Below, piece after piece: positions 1-6,868 of a stretch of 40,464 nt of DNA. Location of the stretch: IMG/VR virus record IMGVR_UViG_3300049042_000216, positions 1 to 40,464 of that record; one strand, 5' to 3'. The DNA comes from a virus. Taxonomy: Duplodnaviria; Caudoviricetes. Both the position numbers and the translations under genes were made by a program. Within the stretch, counting starts at the first letter, position 1. The number at the start of each line of letters is the position of its first letter. The notes below the pieces were generated by a model. It searched no databases. It was not told the origin of the DNA and saw only the letters and a program-made list of their open reading frames with translations.

Positions 1-58
1 GATGAACTGTGGATGAAGATCCTTTAGGTTGCCACCATCAGGAGTGTGGATTGTGAAT
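1..58. repeat. 58-bp terminal direct repeat (copy 1), probably circular-assembly overlap
   Basis: Bases 1-58 are identical to 40407-40464. Confidence 0.95.
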
Positions 59-108
59 CCATGAACAGGACCTAAGTTGCTGTGTTTTGAAAATCTGTAT
101 CGGCTCAC
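1..108 (-). CDS. 5' half of a 78-aa hypothetical protein spanning the circular junction (continues 40406..40278)
   Basis: GTG at 108 overlaps the stop of 105..443 (GTGA). 36 codons to base 1, then in frame to TGA at 40278: MSRYRFSK...HPQFI|VRELNRLNNRIKRLES...KTKEAKL. Confidence 0.8.
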   Translation of the reverse strand, partial: MSRYRFSKHSNLGPVHGFTIHTPDGGNLKDLHPQFI

Positions 109-443
109 GGCTTGGCCTCCTTGGCTTCCGGTGGCTCTGGAAGCGGCATCCAATGCGTCGGATTCCACGTCCTCATACCATCCGTCCACTCGTAGTGGAC
201 ATCCTCGTCGTCCACGTCGCCAGTCAGGTCAAAGATGATTGTGCCAACCTCTCCATCCTTAGCGTCGTACCCAATCACCCATGTCATGTCAGTGGGTGCT
301 GTTTCAATGGGTTGCCACACTACCGCCTCCTCCAGCCGCTTGATGCGTTCGATCAGATCTTCAAGTTCGTCGAAGGCTTCATCTGCCGATATTTCCTGGA
401 CGTAAACTCGGCACAGTAGATTGAGTAAATAATCTTTAGTCAT
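105..443 (-). CDS. DUF551-like small phage protein
   Basis: WQPIETAP...PTHWMPLPEPP signature; N-terminus duplicated in 1629..1823. Confidence 0.8.
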   Translation of the reverse strand: MTKDYLLNLLCRVYVQEISADEAFDELEDLIERIKRLEEAVVWQPIETAPTDMTWVIGYDAKDGEVGTIIFDLTGDVDDEDVHYEWTDGMRTWNPTHWMPLPEPPEAKEAKP

Positions 444-446
444 GGT

Positions 447-647
447 TTAGTTTAATTCAGGGAGATTTACTTCTATTTTTTCCGGCATAAACTCGTCAGC
501 TTCCGGTCCAGGCAATAGATACCACAAGTCTGCATGGCCCATTCCATAGGATGCTCCGGTTTTTTTCCACCCAACACGGGTTAGTGCATCTTCTACTGCC
601 CACCTAAATTGTGGGGGTGTAACTTTGATATTTATTTCACTTTTCAT
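447..647 (-). CDS. hypothetical protein (AT-rich)
   Basis: ORF 447..695; ATG at 647 (MKSEINIK) directly follows the upstream TAA and is the likelier start. Confidence 0.6.
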   Translation of the reverse strand: MKSEINIKVTPPQFRWAVEDALTRVGWKKTGASYGMGHADLWYLLPGPEADEFMPEKIEVNLPELN

Positions 648-648
648 A

Positions 649-870
649 TTATTCAACATCAACTCTTTCTCCCAACATAGAAACAAATTGATCAAAACTG
701 CCTTGAACTAACTCCTCCAGCCGCTTGATTCTGGCGTTGGCTGCTTCGAGATTCCTCTTGAAGCACTCCTTGGTTCTCCACGTTGAGTCGTTGAATCGTA
801 CTCCACAGGACCAAGTGGTATCTTTCAGGACTGGATCGTTGCCAGAGTGGCAATGTGGGCAAAAGTTCAC
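649..870 (-). CDS. hypothetical protein with CPHC..C..C zinc-ribbon-like N-terminus and coiled coil
   Basis: GTGA overlap with upstream gene, AGGAGG RBS, RIKRLEE motif. Confidence 0.7.
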   Translation of the reverse strand: MNFCPHCHSGNDPVLKDTTWSCGVRFNDSTWRTKECFKRNLEAANARIKRLEELVQGSFDQFVSMLGERVDVE

Positions 871-1121
871 GGCTTAACCTCCTCCTTCCTGACAAGATCG
901 AGCCACTCCTTGATTGCCCCGCGCTTCCACATCTCGGTGGCTTGGTAGACCACGTTCTGACCTGCTACCTCCAGCGACAGGATTCGCATATTCAAGCGGT
1001 CGATGTCCCGCTCAAGCTCCTCGATGTACTGCTCCTGCAATAGGTAGTGTTCCTTCCACGCCTCCTCGGTTGATTTAGGCGGCGGTGTTCCGCGCATGGA
1101 TTCTATGAGTTTTGGGTTCAT
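867..1121 (-). CDS. hypothetical coiled-coil protein
   Basis: ATG at 1121 (MNPKLIES) overlaps the upstream TGA, GGAG RBS. Confidence 0.7.
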   Translation of the reverse strand: MNPKLIESMRGTPPPKSTEEAWKEHYLLQEQYIEELERDIDRLNMRILSLEVAGQNVVYQATEMWKRGAIKEWLDLVRKEEVKP

Positions 1122-1306
1122 TTGCACTCCTTCCATTTGAACTCTGCTTCTCCACGTTCGTTCGCAACCCATTGAGCATGGCCCATCTTCACCGCTGATG
1201 TTTTCCATGAGCTGCTGGTTGACATCGCTCCGATCAACATTCCGATAACAAACCCAAGAGATAGAGAACCTATCAGGATTGGCCACGGGAAATCATTGTC
1301 TCTCAC
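1118..1306 (-). CDS. small membrane protein
   Basis: GTG start after AAGGAGG; one hydrophobic helix (ILIGSLSLGFVIGMLIGAM). Confidence 0.7.
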   Translation of the reverse strand: MRDNDFPWPILIGSLSLGFVIGMLIGAMSTSSSWKTSAVKMGHAQWVANERGEAEFKWKECK

Positions 1307-1632
1307 GGCTTCACCTCCTTCTCGTTCCACAGCAGCAGATCCGCGCGGAGAGCGTCGTTCTCTCGCTCTAGTTGGGTGATGCGCTCACGCTGAGATGCGA
1401 TGACCCGTGCAGCCACTTCAGGCCATTCGTTTGGATTGTTCTCATGCCAGCATTTGAAGTCGCTCGGCATGAGCGGCGTAAGAGCGTCGTGCCATTGCTT
1501 GATGCGCATATGCTGCTCCGCTAGTCGCTCCGCTGCTTCAGCGATTGCTGAGTTGGCCACGCCATCGTCGGATTGGATTTCTGTTGCCAATATGTGCATG
1601 GCCGCGATCAGTGTTTCGGTTGAGGTTTTCAC
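1303..1632 (-). CDS. hypothetical protein
   Basis: GTG start in junction motif (VKTSTETLIAAM...IAEAAERL); coupled at both ends. Confidence 0.7.
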   Translation of the reverse strand: MKTSTETLIAAMHILATEIQSDDGVANSAIAEAAERLAEQHMRIKQWHDALTPLMPSDFKCWHENNPNEWPEVAARVIASQRERITQLERENDALRADLLLWNEKEVKP

Positions 1633-1823
1633 AGCTTGGCCTCCTTGGCTTTGTGCCACCTGTCTGCGTCGATTGTGATGCAGGTGTGAGACATCTCATC
1701 CCCCGCCTCCTCCAGCCGCTTGATGCGGTCGATCAAATCTTCCAATTCATCGAACGCTTCATCCGCCGAAATTTCCTGAACGTAAACTCGGCACAGTAGA
1801 TTGAGCAGGTGTTCTTTGCTCAC
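1629..1823 (-). CDS. hypothetical protein, paralogous N-terminus to 105..443
   Basis: LLNLLCRVYVQEISADEAFDELEDLI[DE]RIKRLEEA shared. Confidence 0.75.
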   Translation of the reverse strand: MSKEHLLNLLCRVYVQEISADEAFDELEDLIDRIKRLEEAGDEMSHTCITIDADRWHKAKEAKL

Positions 1824-2071
1824 AGCTTGGCCTTTCTCGCTTTGAGCATTGCGTCGGCTGCTTTGTATGCGTCGGTTGCCGCTTTATTCCATGAATCTTC
1901 TCCATCGTAATAACCAACATCAATCGATTGTGATGCAAGATTACCCTGCAACGCCGCCGCTGCGAAGTAGTCGCGGAGGGTCATGCCGGTTGAGTAGAGT
2001 TGGAAATCAGCCGGATACGCCGGTCCTCCGTCGTTGATCATTTTCGTGGGGTCAGGAATATGATGGTTCAT
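1820..2071 (-). CDS. conserved small phage protein
   Basis: NDGGPAYP...GMTLRDYFAAAALQG...AYKAADAMLKAR, a motif typical of a common phage family. Confidence 0.8.
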   Translation of the reverse strand: MNHHIPDPTKMINDGGPAYPADFQLYSTGMTLRDYFAAAALQGNLASQSIDVGYYDGEDSWNKAATDAYKAADAMLKARKAKL

Positions 2072-2328
2072 TTCGATTCCTTATTTTGCCTCTGAAACTT
2101 TCGTGCATTTGCAGCGCATTCGGCTGGAGTCATCACAGGTGCGTCTAAAGGTATGCCAACCTTTTTGCGGTAGTAGTTTCGGTGCAGTAGTGCATACTGC
2201 TCCCTGTTCTCAATCTGGTATGCTCTTGCCTTCCGCTTTCGGTCTTCCTTCTTGGCTTCATCAATCTTTGAGCGCATCGCATGAATTTGTTTAACGCGCT
2301 TTCGTGCTTCGATTTGTTTCTGAGTCAT
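2068..2328 (-). CDS. hypothetical basic protein
   Basis: ATGA overlaps at both ends, GGAGG RBS. Confidence 0.65.
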   Translation of the reverse strand: MTQKQIEARKRVKQIHAMRSKIDEAKKEDRKRKARAYQIENREQYALLHRNYYRKKVGIPLDAPVMTPAECAANARKFQRQNKESK

Positions 2329-2561
2329 CGGTTCCTCCCACCATGCTCAATCACAGCCTGCACACCGCGCCGGCTGCATCCTACAGCCCGTGCGATCTGC
2401 TCCCGGCTGGCTCCGTTGTCCCACATTCGCCACGCTAGACCGCTGTCGAAGGCTTCGACCGCCTGCGCTAGGTTGCGCGACATCATCCGCGGTTTCACAT
2501 CGGCCTGCTCCGGGTACGTCAGCCAGCCAGCGGCCACAGCCTTTCCCATGTCGATCTTCAC
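2325..2561 (-). CDS. HTH DNA-binding protein
   Basis: GTG overlapping resolvase stop; GASREQIARAVGCSRRGVQAVI helix-turn-helix. Confidence 0.65.
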   Translation of the reverse strand: MKIDMGKAVAAGWLTYPEQADVKPRMMSRNLAQAVEAFDSGLAWRMWDNGASREQIARAVGCSRRGVQAVIEHGGRNR

Positions 2562-3013
2562 TTGAGGCCCTCCGCAATCATGGCGTGTTCCAAGATCAAG
2601 ATGGCATCGGCAGTCTTCAGCGTGATCCCTAGCGCCGGCTGTCGCTGCTGGGCCAGTTGCTTCAGGTGGGCTTTCCAGCGCGTCCCGTGGGTAGCCTTGG
2701 TGCCTGCCCCGATAGTTTTCTGCCACCGCTGCGGGGTCACCTCGATCATCCTGAGGTTCATGGATGCAATCAGGCCGTGCAGGTATCCGACGTTGTATCC
2801 AAAGTTAAACATCGCTGACCCGGGGGCTCCCTTGCCGCCCACGTAGCCTCCGACCTTTTCGAGGTAGACCACGTCGGACTGCGCCAACCAGTTGATCATC
2901 ACATCCCTGATGTCTCCGTAGGTATCAGGCATCGGCTCGACGATAACTCGACCATTGGCGAAGTGCGCTATGCCGCCGCTTGCACCGGGGTCGATTGCTA
3001 GGATGCGCTTCAC
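2558..3013 (-). CDS. RuvC-like Holliday junction resolvase
   Basis: ILAIDPG, VYLEKV, FNFGYNVG, VTPQRWQK, ADAILI acidic catalytic pattern. Confidence 0.85.
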   Translation of the reverse strand: MKRILAIDPGASGGIAHFANGRVIVEPMPDTYGDIRDVMINWLAQSDVVYLEKVGGYVGGKGAPGSAMFNFGYNVGYLHGLIASMNLRMIEVTPQRWQKTIGAGTKATHGTRWKAHLKQLAQQRQPALGITLKTADAILILEHAMIAEGLK

Positions 3014-3144
3014 TTCGCCACCTTTCTCAGCCAGGACAGGATCGCCTTGTCGGCAATCGCCTGGAGCTTAGAGCCGGTCTGCAGGCAGTAGTCGCGCAGC
3101 GCCTTATGGGTGGTTGGTGTCACGTTTATGGTTTTGGGTTTCAT
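3010..3144 (-). CDS. ribbon-helix-helix-like DNA-binding protein (44 aa)
   Basis: MKPKTINVTPTTHKALRDYC...LQAIADKAILSWL; overlapping start and stop both sides. Confidence 0.65.
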   Translation of the reverse strand: MKPKTINVTPTTHKALRDYCLQTGSKLQAIADKAILSWLRKVAK

Positions 3145-3473
3145 TTGAGATGCTTCTTCACCTTGGCCCAGTACGCCTCGGTGGCAGGCTTGCGGTCCCC
3201 GGTGGGACCCCCATTCCAACGCCGGGCGAGCTGCTCGGTGGTGGCTCCCTTGCCGTAGGCCTTTAGGTAGGCCTCGCACACAGCTCTGGCTGCCACGCGG
3301 TTGGTCATCTCGGAGTGCTTGTAGTGAGAGCCGGTGATCCGGTTCACGTCCTGCACCACCCCGCGGTGGATCTGGAGGGGGCCTACAGCGCGTCCGTTGT
3401 CGCCGATGGCCTGATCATTGCCCGAGGACTCTACTGCGATCAGGGCGGTGATTAAGTTGGAAAGATTGCTCAT
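3141..3473 (-). CDS. lysozyme-like / lytic transglycosylase (destabilase-like) protein, candidate endolysin
   Basis: ALIAVESSG..GDNGRAVGPLQI..LARRWNGGP..YWAKV (catalytic Glu-Ser, GxxQ, WNxG). Confidence 0.8.
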   Translation of the reverse strand: MSNLSNLITALIAVESSGNDQAIGDNGRAVGPLQIHRGVVQDVNRITGSHYKHSEMTNRVAARAVCEAYLKAYGKGATTEQLARRWNGGPTGDRKPATEAYWAKVKKHLK

Positions 3474-3490
3474 GGCGTGAAGTTGGACTT

Positions 3491-3515
3491 GCGCGTTGGC
3501 CAGTCGCGCCCCTGG
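3491..3515 (-). promoter_or_regulatory. putative H-type RNA pseudoknot in leader of lysozyme-like gene
   Basis: CCAG-GG-GCGCG-A-CTGG-CCAA-CGCGC, both stems fully paired. Confidence 0.55.
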
Positions 3516-3570
3516 TTGCCTCGGATTCCTCCCGGGCCGGATGTGGCGATTACGGTCGCCAGGCCGTAAA

Positions 3571-3858
3571 TTACTTTTTGAAAATGTGCTCACCCAACAA
3601 GTTCAACCTTCCACACCGTGGGCACTTGCGGTAATGCCACTTTTTATTTTCAACCTTAACTCCATGATTATGGTTGAGAACCATTGCAACGCCTTTTGCA
3701 ATCATTCCGCAGTATACGCATTTAATTTTGGGAGCGTTGATCAATGTTGCCAAGTCGTAGCCCGGGAAGTCGCTGTCAGCTCTGGTGGGTTGAAGATCAT
3801 CGGTGTACTGCAGGCATTTGGTATCGGCTGCGATGTTTAGGAGGTCGCTGTCGGTCAT
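3571..3858 (-). CDS. hypothetical zinc-finger protein
   Basis: CVYC and CPRC pairs; first gene after putative promoter. Confidence 0.6.
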   Translation of the reverse strand: MTDSDLLNIAADTKCLQYTDDLQPTRADSDFPGYDLATLINAPKIKCVYCGMIAKGVAMVLNHNHGVKVENKKWHYRKCPRCGRLNLLGEHIFKK

Positions 3859-3864
3859 GGGTTG

Positions 3865-3893
3865 AAGATGACCCAGACCATCCTTACCGTCTA
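3865..3893 (-). promoter_or_regulatory. putative sigma70-type early promoter (leaderless)
   Basis: TAGACG-17 nt-CATCTT-6 nt-ATG in the AT-rich gap between late and early genes. Confidence 0.45.
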
Positions 3894-3917
3894 CAGAGAA
3901 AACGGTTTTTCTGTAGA
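3890..3917. repeat. 28-bp imperfect palindrome (operator or terminator)
   Basis: TCTACAGAGAAAACGGTTTTTCTGTAGA. Confidence 0.65.
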
Positions 3918-3957
3918 TTTTGAAGAAAACCCAATGTTTATGCGGGTCAAACAGGGG

Positions 3958-4131
3958 TCACTCCGCGGCGAACTTGGCGTCGAACTCGGCCCGCGGGCGC
4001 ACGTAGATGGTGCCGTTGTCGATGCGGCGGTAGACCACCACGGGCCACCGGATCTCGCCCAGGCGCAACTCGGCGCTCTCTGCGACAACCTCGACCACGA
4101 GACTCGGCTTGGTACGGCAGGAATACTTCAC
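3958..4131 (-). CDS. DUF1653-like protein (57 aa, absent from ORF track)
   Basis: GTG overlapping upstream TGA; VVVYRRIDNGTIYVRPRAEFDAKF. Confidence 0.7.
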   Translation of the reverse strand: MKYSCRTKPSLVVEVVAESAELRLGEIRWPVVVYRRIDNGTIYVRPRAEFDAKFAAE

Positions 4132-4388
4132 GGCCAGCTCGTGTAGACCACCGTGCCCTGGCCGTTTGCGTCGACCAGCTCGACGGCATTCACGCCCTTC
4201 AGCTTGGCCAGTGCGGCCAGGAGCTGAGTGTCGTTGGTTGCCTGCGCGATGCAGGTCGACACGATGTCCGCGTCGTCGTAGGAGGCTGACAGGTTCTCCT
4301 TGCTACGGTCGCGCCAGACGCGCACCACGCGCCCGTTGGAGAGGTTCACGCGCCGCATTGATTCGACGCAGGGGAATGAGTGTTTCAT
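4128..4388 (-). CDS. hypothetical protein
   Basis: ATG at 4388 (MKHSFPCVES) just after the tail fibre stop; 3' part of track ORF 4128..5453. Confidence 0.7.
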   Translation of the reverse strand: MKHSFPCVESMRRVNLSNGRVVRVWRDRSKENLSASYDDADIVSTCIAQATNDTQLLAALAKLKGVNAVELVDANGQGTVVYTSWP

Positions 4389-4402
4389 CGGGGAACTCGA
4401 CT

Positions 4403-6868
4403 CTAGGTCAGCGTCACTGATTTCCAAGTTGTTCCGTTGTGAATATGCAGCGTGTTGCTGTTTGTGTTGAAGAACATCGGCACATTGGACCCGGTGACAT
4501 TGGTCGGCGTGCTGGACGGGTTGCTGCTTGATGCCGGGATGTAAACGAACCCATCGCCCATCGACGAGAAGCCGGCAGGCCCAATGAAGTCGCCGCCGTC
4601 CTGTATCCAGGAGGCCTCCTTGATCAGCTTTCCGGTCGAGCCGTCGAACAGCGCGAAGGTGTTGCTGGTGCTGCTGCTTGGGCCCACCACGTCGCCGCTG
4701 CCACCTCCGGTCGCTGCGATGGTGATCGAGCCGGCCCCATTGGTGATCGTGATGCCGGTGCCCGCCGTCAGCGTAGCCTTGTTGAGCGTGCCTCCGGTGG
4801 TGTTGCCGATGAGGATCTGGCCATTGGTAAACGAGTTGCTTTGCCCAGTGCCGCCGTTGATCACACCGAGCGTGCCCGTGATCCCGCTTGAAAGCGAGAT
4901 CAGCGGAAGGTCGACGCCCTGAATCGTGGACATGACCACGTTGCTGCCGTCGCCTCGGAGGTACTGACCATTGGTTGCCGACCCTGCAAGATTTGTGATG
5001 GCCGCGGAAGCAGTGGTCGCTCCGGTGCCGCCATTGGCGATGGCCAGAGTGCCGGTCATCGTCACCGAGCCCGATGTGGTGATCGGTCCTCCGGTGAATG
5101 ACATCCCGGTGGTTCCGCCGTTCACGCCCACCGACGACACGCTCGCGCCCGACGTCATGCTGTCCAGCTTGGCCGCGTAGGTGCTGGTCATGTAGCCGTT
5201 CTGCGTGCTGCTCGCCGCGTTCTGGCTGATGACTGGCGTGGTGCTGCCTGTAGCCACGCTGATGTTTGCACCGCCCGAGGCCGACACATTGGTCACCGTA
5301 CCGGTGTTGCTGGTGTAGCCTGCCGGGTTGCTTGCTGCGTAGGCCCCGAGGTTGGTGAGTGCGCCCGCAGCCGTGGTGGCCCCGGTGCCGCCCTTGTTGA
5401 TGGGCAGCGTGCTGGTGATCGTACCGGCGGAGCCCAGCACGTCGATGTTCCACGTGCCGGTCGCCCCGGTGCCATCCAAGGCCGGAATGTCGGTGCCGAT
5501 GGCTAGGCCGAGGTTTGTGCGGGCTCCCGATGCCGACGTAGCGCCAGTGCCTCCGGAGGCCACAACCAGTGTGCCGGTCATCGACAGTGTGCCAGCGGAT
5601 GTCACAGGGCCGCCTGTGAAGCTGAACCCGCTGGTTCCGCCGTCGGCATTGACGCTCGTCACACTGCCAGATGCCACCGCAGCATTCAGCGTGGAGCCGG
5701 ACATGGACAGGTTGGTGCCGAGCGTGATCTCGCCCAGGGCAGTGCCCGAGGCATTCGATCCGATCAACTTCGCCACCGCGGAGGCCGCCTGCATCTTAGC
5801 GTAGGTCACCGCGTTGTTGGCAATGGTAGCCGCAAATGACCCTGTGCCAGTGCCTGTCACATCCCCGGTGAGCGTGATGGTCTGGTCGCCGGTGTTGCTG
5901 CCCGAGAGGTTTGACCCTGTGACATTGCCTGTCGCAGCCACCAAGGTCGGCGTGATGGCGCCCAAAGCCAGACTGATGGCCGGGGTGGTCGTCGGGTTGG
6001 TGACCGTGCCGCTGACGCCGTTGGCCGTGGTGACCGAGACCGAGGTGACCGTTCCACCATTGCTCGTGTAGTTGTTGGGATTCGACGCAGGATAGGCGCC
6101 CAGGCTTGTCAGGGCCCCGGCCTCGGTGGTTGCACCTGTTCCGCCCGAGGCAACGGCTAGGACGCCGCCCAGCGTGATGGTGCCGCTGCTGGTGATGGGC
6201 CCGCCCGAGGTGGTCAGGCCTGTCGTGCCGCCCGAGACGTTGACGCTTGTGACGCCGCCGCCGGTAGGTCCCGGAGGGCCGGAAGGCCCGGTGGGTCCAG
6301 CAGGCCCCTGGGGACCTTGCAGACCGCCGGCACCGAGGGGCTTGGTGGCTCCGGTGTCGAGCCGGGTGATCTCCAGCGTGGTGTAGATCTCGGGCTGCCC
6401 GATATTAGAGGCAATGCCAAGGCCGTCTGCATGGCCGCCGCGCTCGCAGTAGTACTCCAGCCGGTAGACGTTGTCCTTGTGCGGCGTGATGCGCAAATTC
6501 AGGGACACTTCCATGTCCACGCCGTTGTTGATGTAGAGCGATGGGCCGTACCCGATGACCACCGAGTTGGTCACGTCGTAGATCCGCAGCCTAGTTCCGC
6601 GGGTGAAGTGGAACGGTGCCAGCACCTTCACCTGGTAATCGCCGGCAGCCACCTTCCACTCATTGGACGCAAGGTCGATGATCAGGCCATTCGGATCGCT
6701 GCTGATGGTGTTGAGCGTCCGGGTTGTCCACACAGCAGTCACCGCGGTTCCGCCTGCGACGTTGTTGTTCTTCACGTCCTGCAGCACCGCGATCTTCAGG
6801 GTCAGGCTGTCGACGTCCTTCCTCAACTTGTTGATGAGGATCGTGCTGGTCTGGCTATCGTAGCTCAT
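4403..6868 (-). CDS. tail fibre protein with short collagen-like segment
   Basis: GxY run (GLQGPQGPAGPTGPSGPPGPTG), repeated GGTGAT units, G/T/S-rich, ends IHNGTTWKS. Confidence 0.85.
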   Translation of the reverse strand: MSYDSQTSTILINKLRKDVDSLTLKIAVLQDVKNNNVAGGTAVTAVWTTRTLNTISSDPNGLIIDLASNEWKVAAGDYQVKVLAPFHFTRGTRLRIYDVTNSVVIGYGPSLYINNGVDMEVSLNLRITPHKDNVYRLEYYCERGGHADGLGIASNIGQPEIYTTLEITRLDTGATKPLGAGGLQGPQGPAGPTGPSGPPGPTGGGVTSVNVSGGTTGLTTSGGPITSSGTITLGGVLAVASGGTGATTEAGALTSLGAYPASNPNNYTSNGGTVTSVSVTTANGVSGTVTNPTTTPAISLALGAITPTLVAATGNVTGSNLSGSNTGDQTITLTGDVTGTGTGSFAATIANNAVTYAKMQAASAVAKLIGSNASGTALGEITLGTNLSMSGSTLNAAVASGSVTSVNADGGTSGFSFTGGPVTSAGTLSMTGTLVVASGGTGATSASGARTNLGLAIGTDIPALDGTGATGTWNIDVLGSAGTITSTLPINKGGTGATTAAGALTNLGAYAASNPAGYTSNTGTVTNVSASGGANISVATGSTTPVISQNAASSTQNGYMTSTYAAKLDSMTSGASVSSVGVNGGTTGMSFTGGPITTSGSVTMTGTLAIANGGTGATTASAAITNLAGSATNGQYLRGDGSNVVMSTIQGVDLPLISLSSGITGTLGVINGGTGQSNSFTNGQILIGNTTGGTLNKATLTAGTGITITNGAGSITIAATGGGSGDVVGPSSSTSNTFALFDGSTGKLIKEASWIQDGGDFIGPAGFSSMGDGFVYIPASSSNPSSTPTNVTGSNVPMFFNTNSNTLHIHNGTTWKSVTLT

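Noticed and set aside
1-58. Terminal repeat as biological DTR
   Set aside because: It falls mid-gene and the ORF reads through when one copy is collapsed; best explained as assembly overlap
87-1799. Similar plus-strand ORFs 87..419 and 1545..1799
   Set aside because: Similarity is the antisense of the 103-bp duplication; substitutions are synonymous in the minus-strand frame
323-1805. Duplication as DGR template/variable repeat
   Set aside because: No reverse transcriptase; mismatches are not adenine-specific and are almost all synonymous
105-1837. Spaced short repeats as CRISPR array or attC integron cassettes
   Set aside because: Repeats are coding, irregularly spaced by whole genes and non-palindromic; no cas or integrase gene
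4128-5453. 441-aa alternate-frame ORF overlapping the tail fibre (possible frameshift fusion)
   Set aside because: His/Arg-rich shadow of GC-biased Thr/Gly codons; no slippery site noticed; only the last 86 aa (from 4388) look like a real gene
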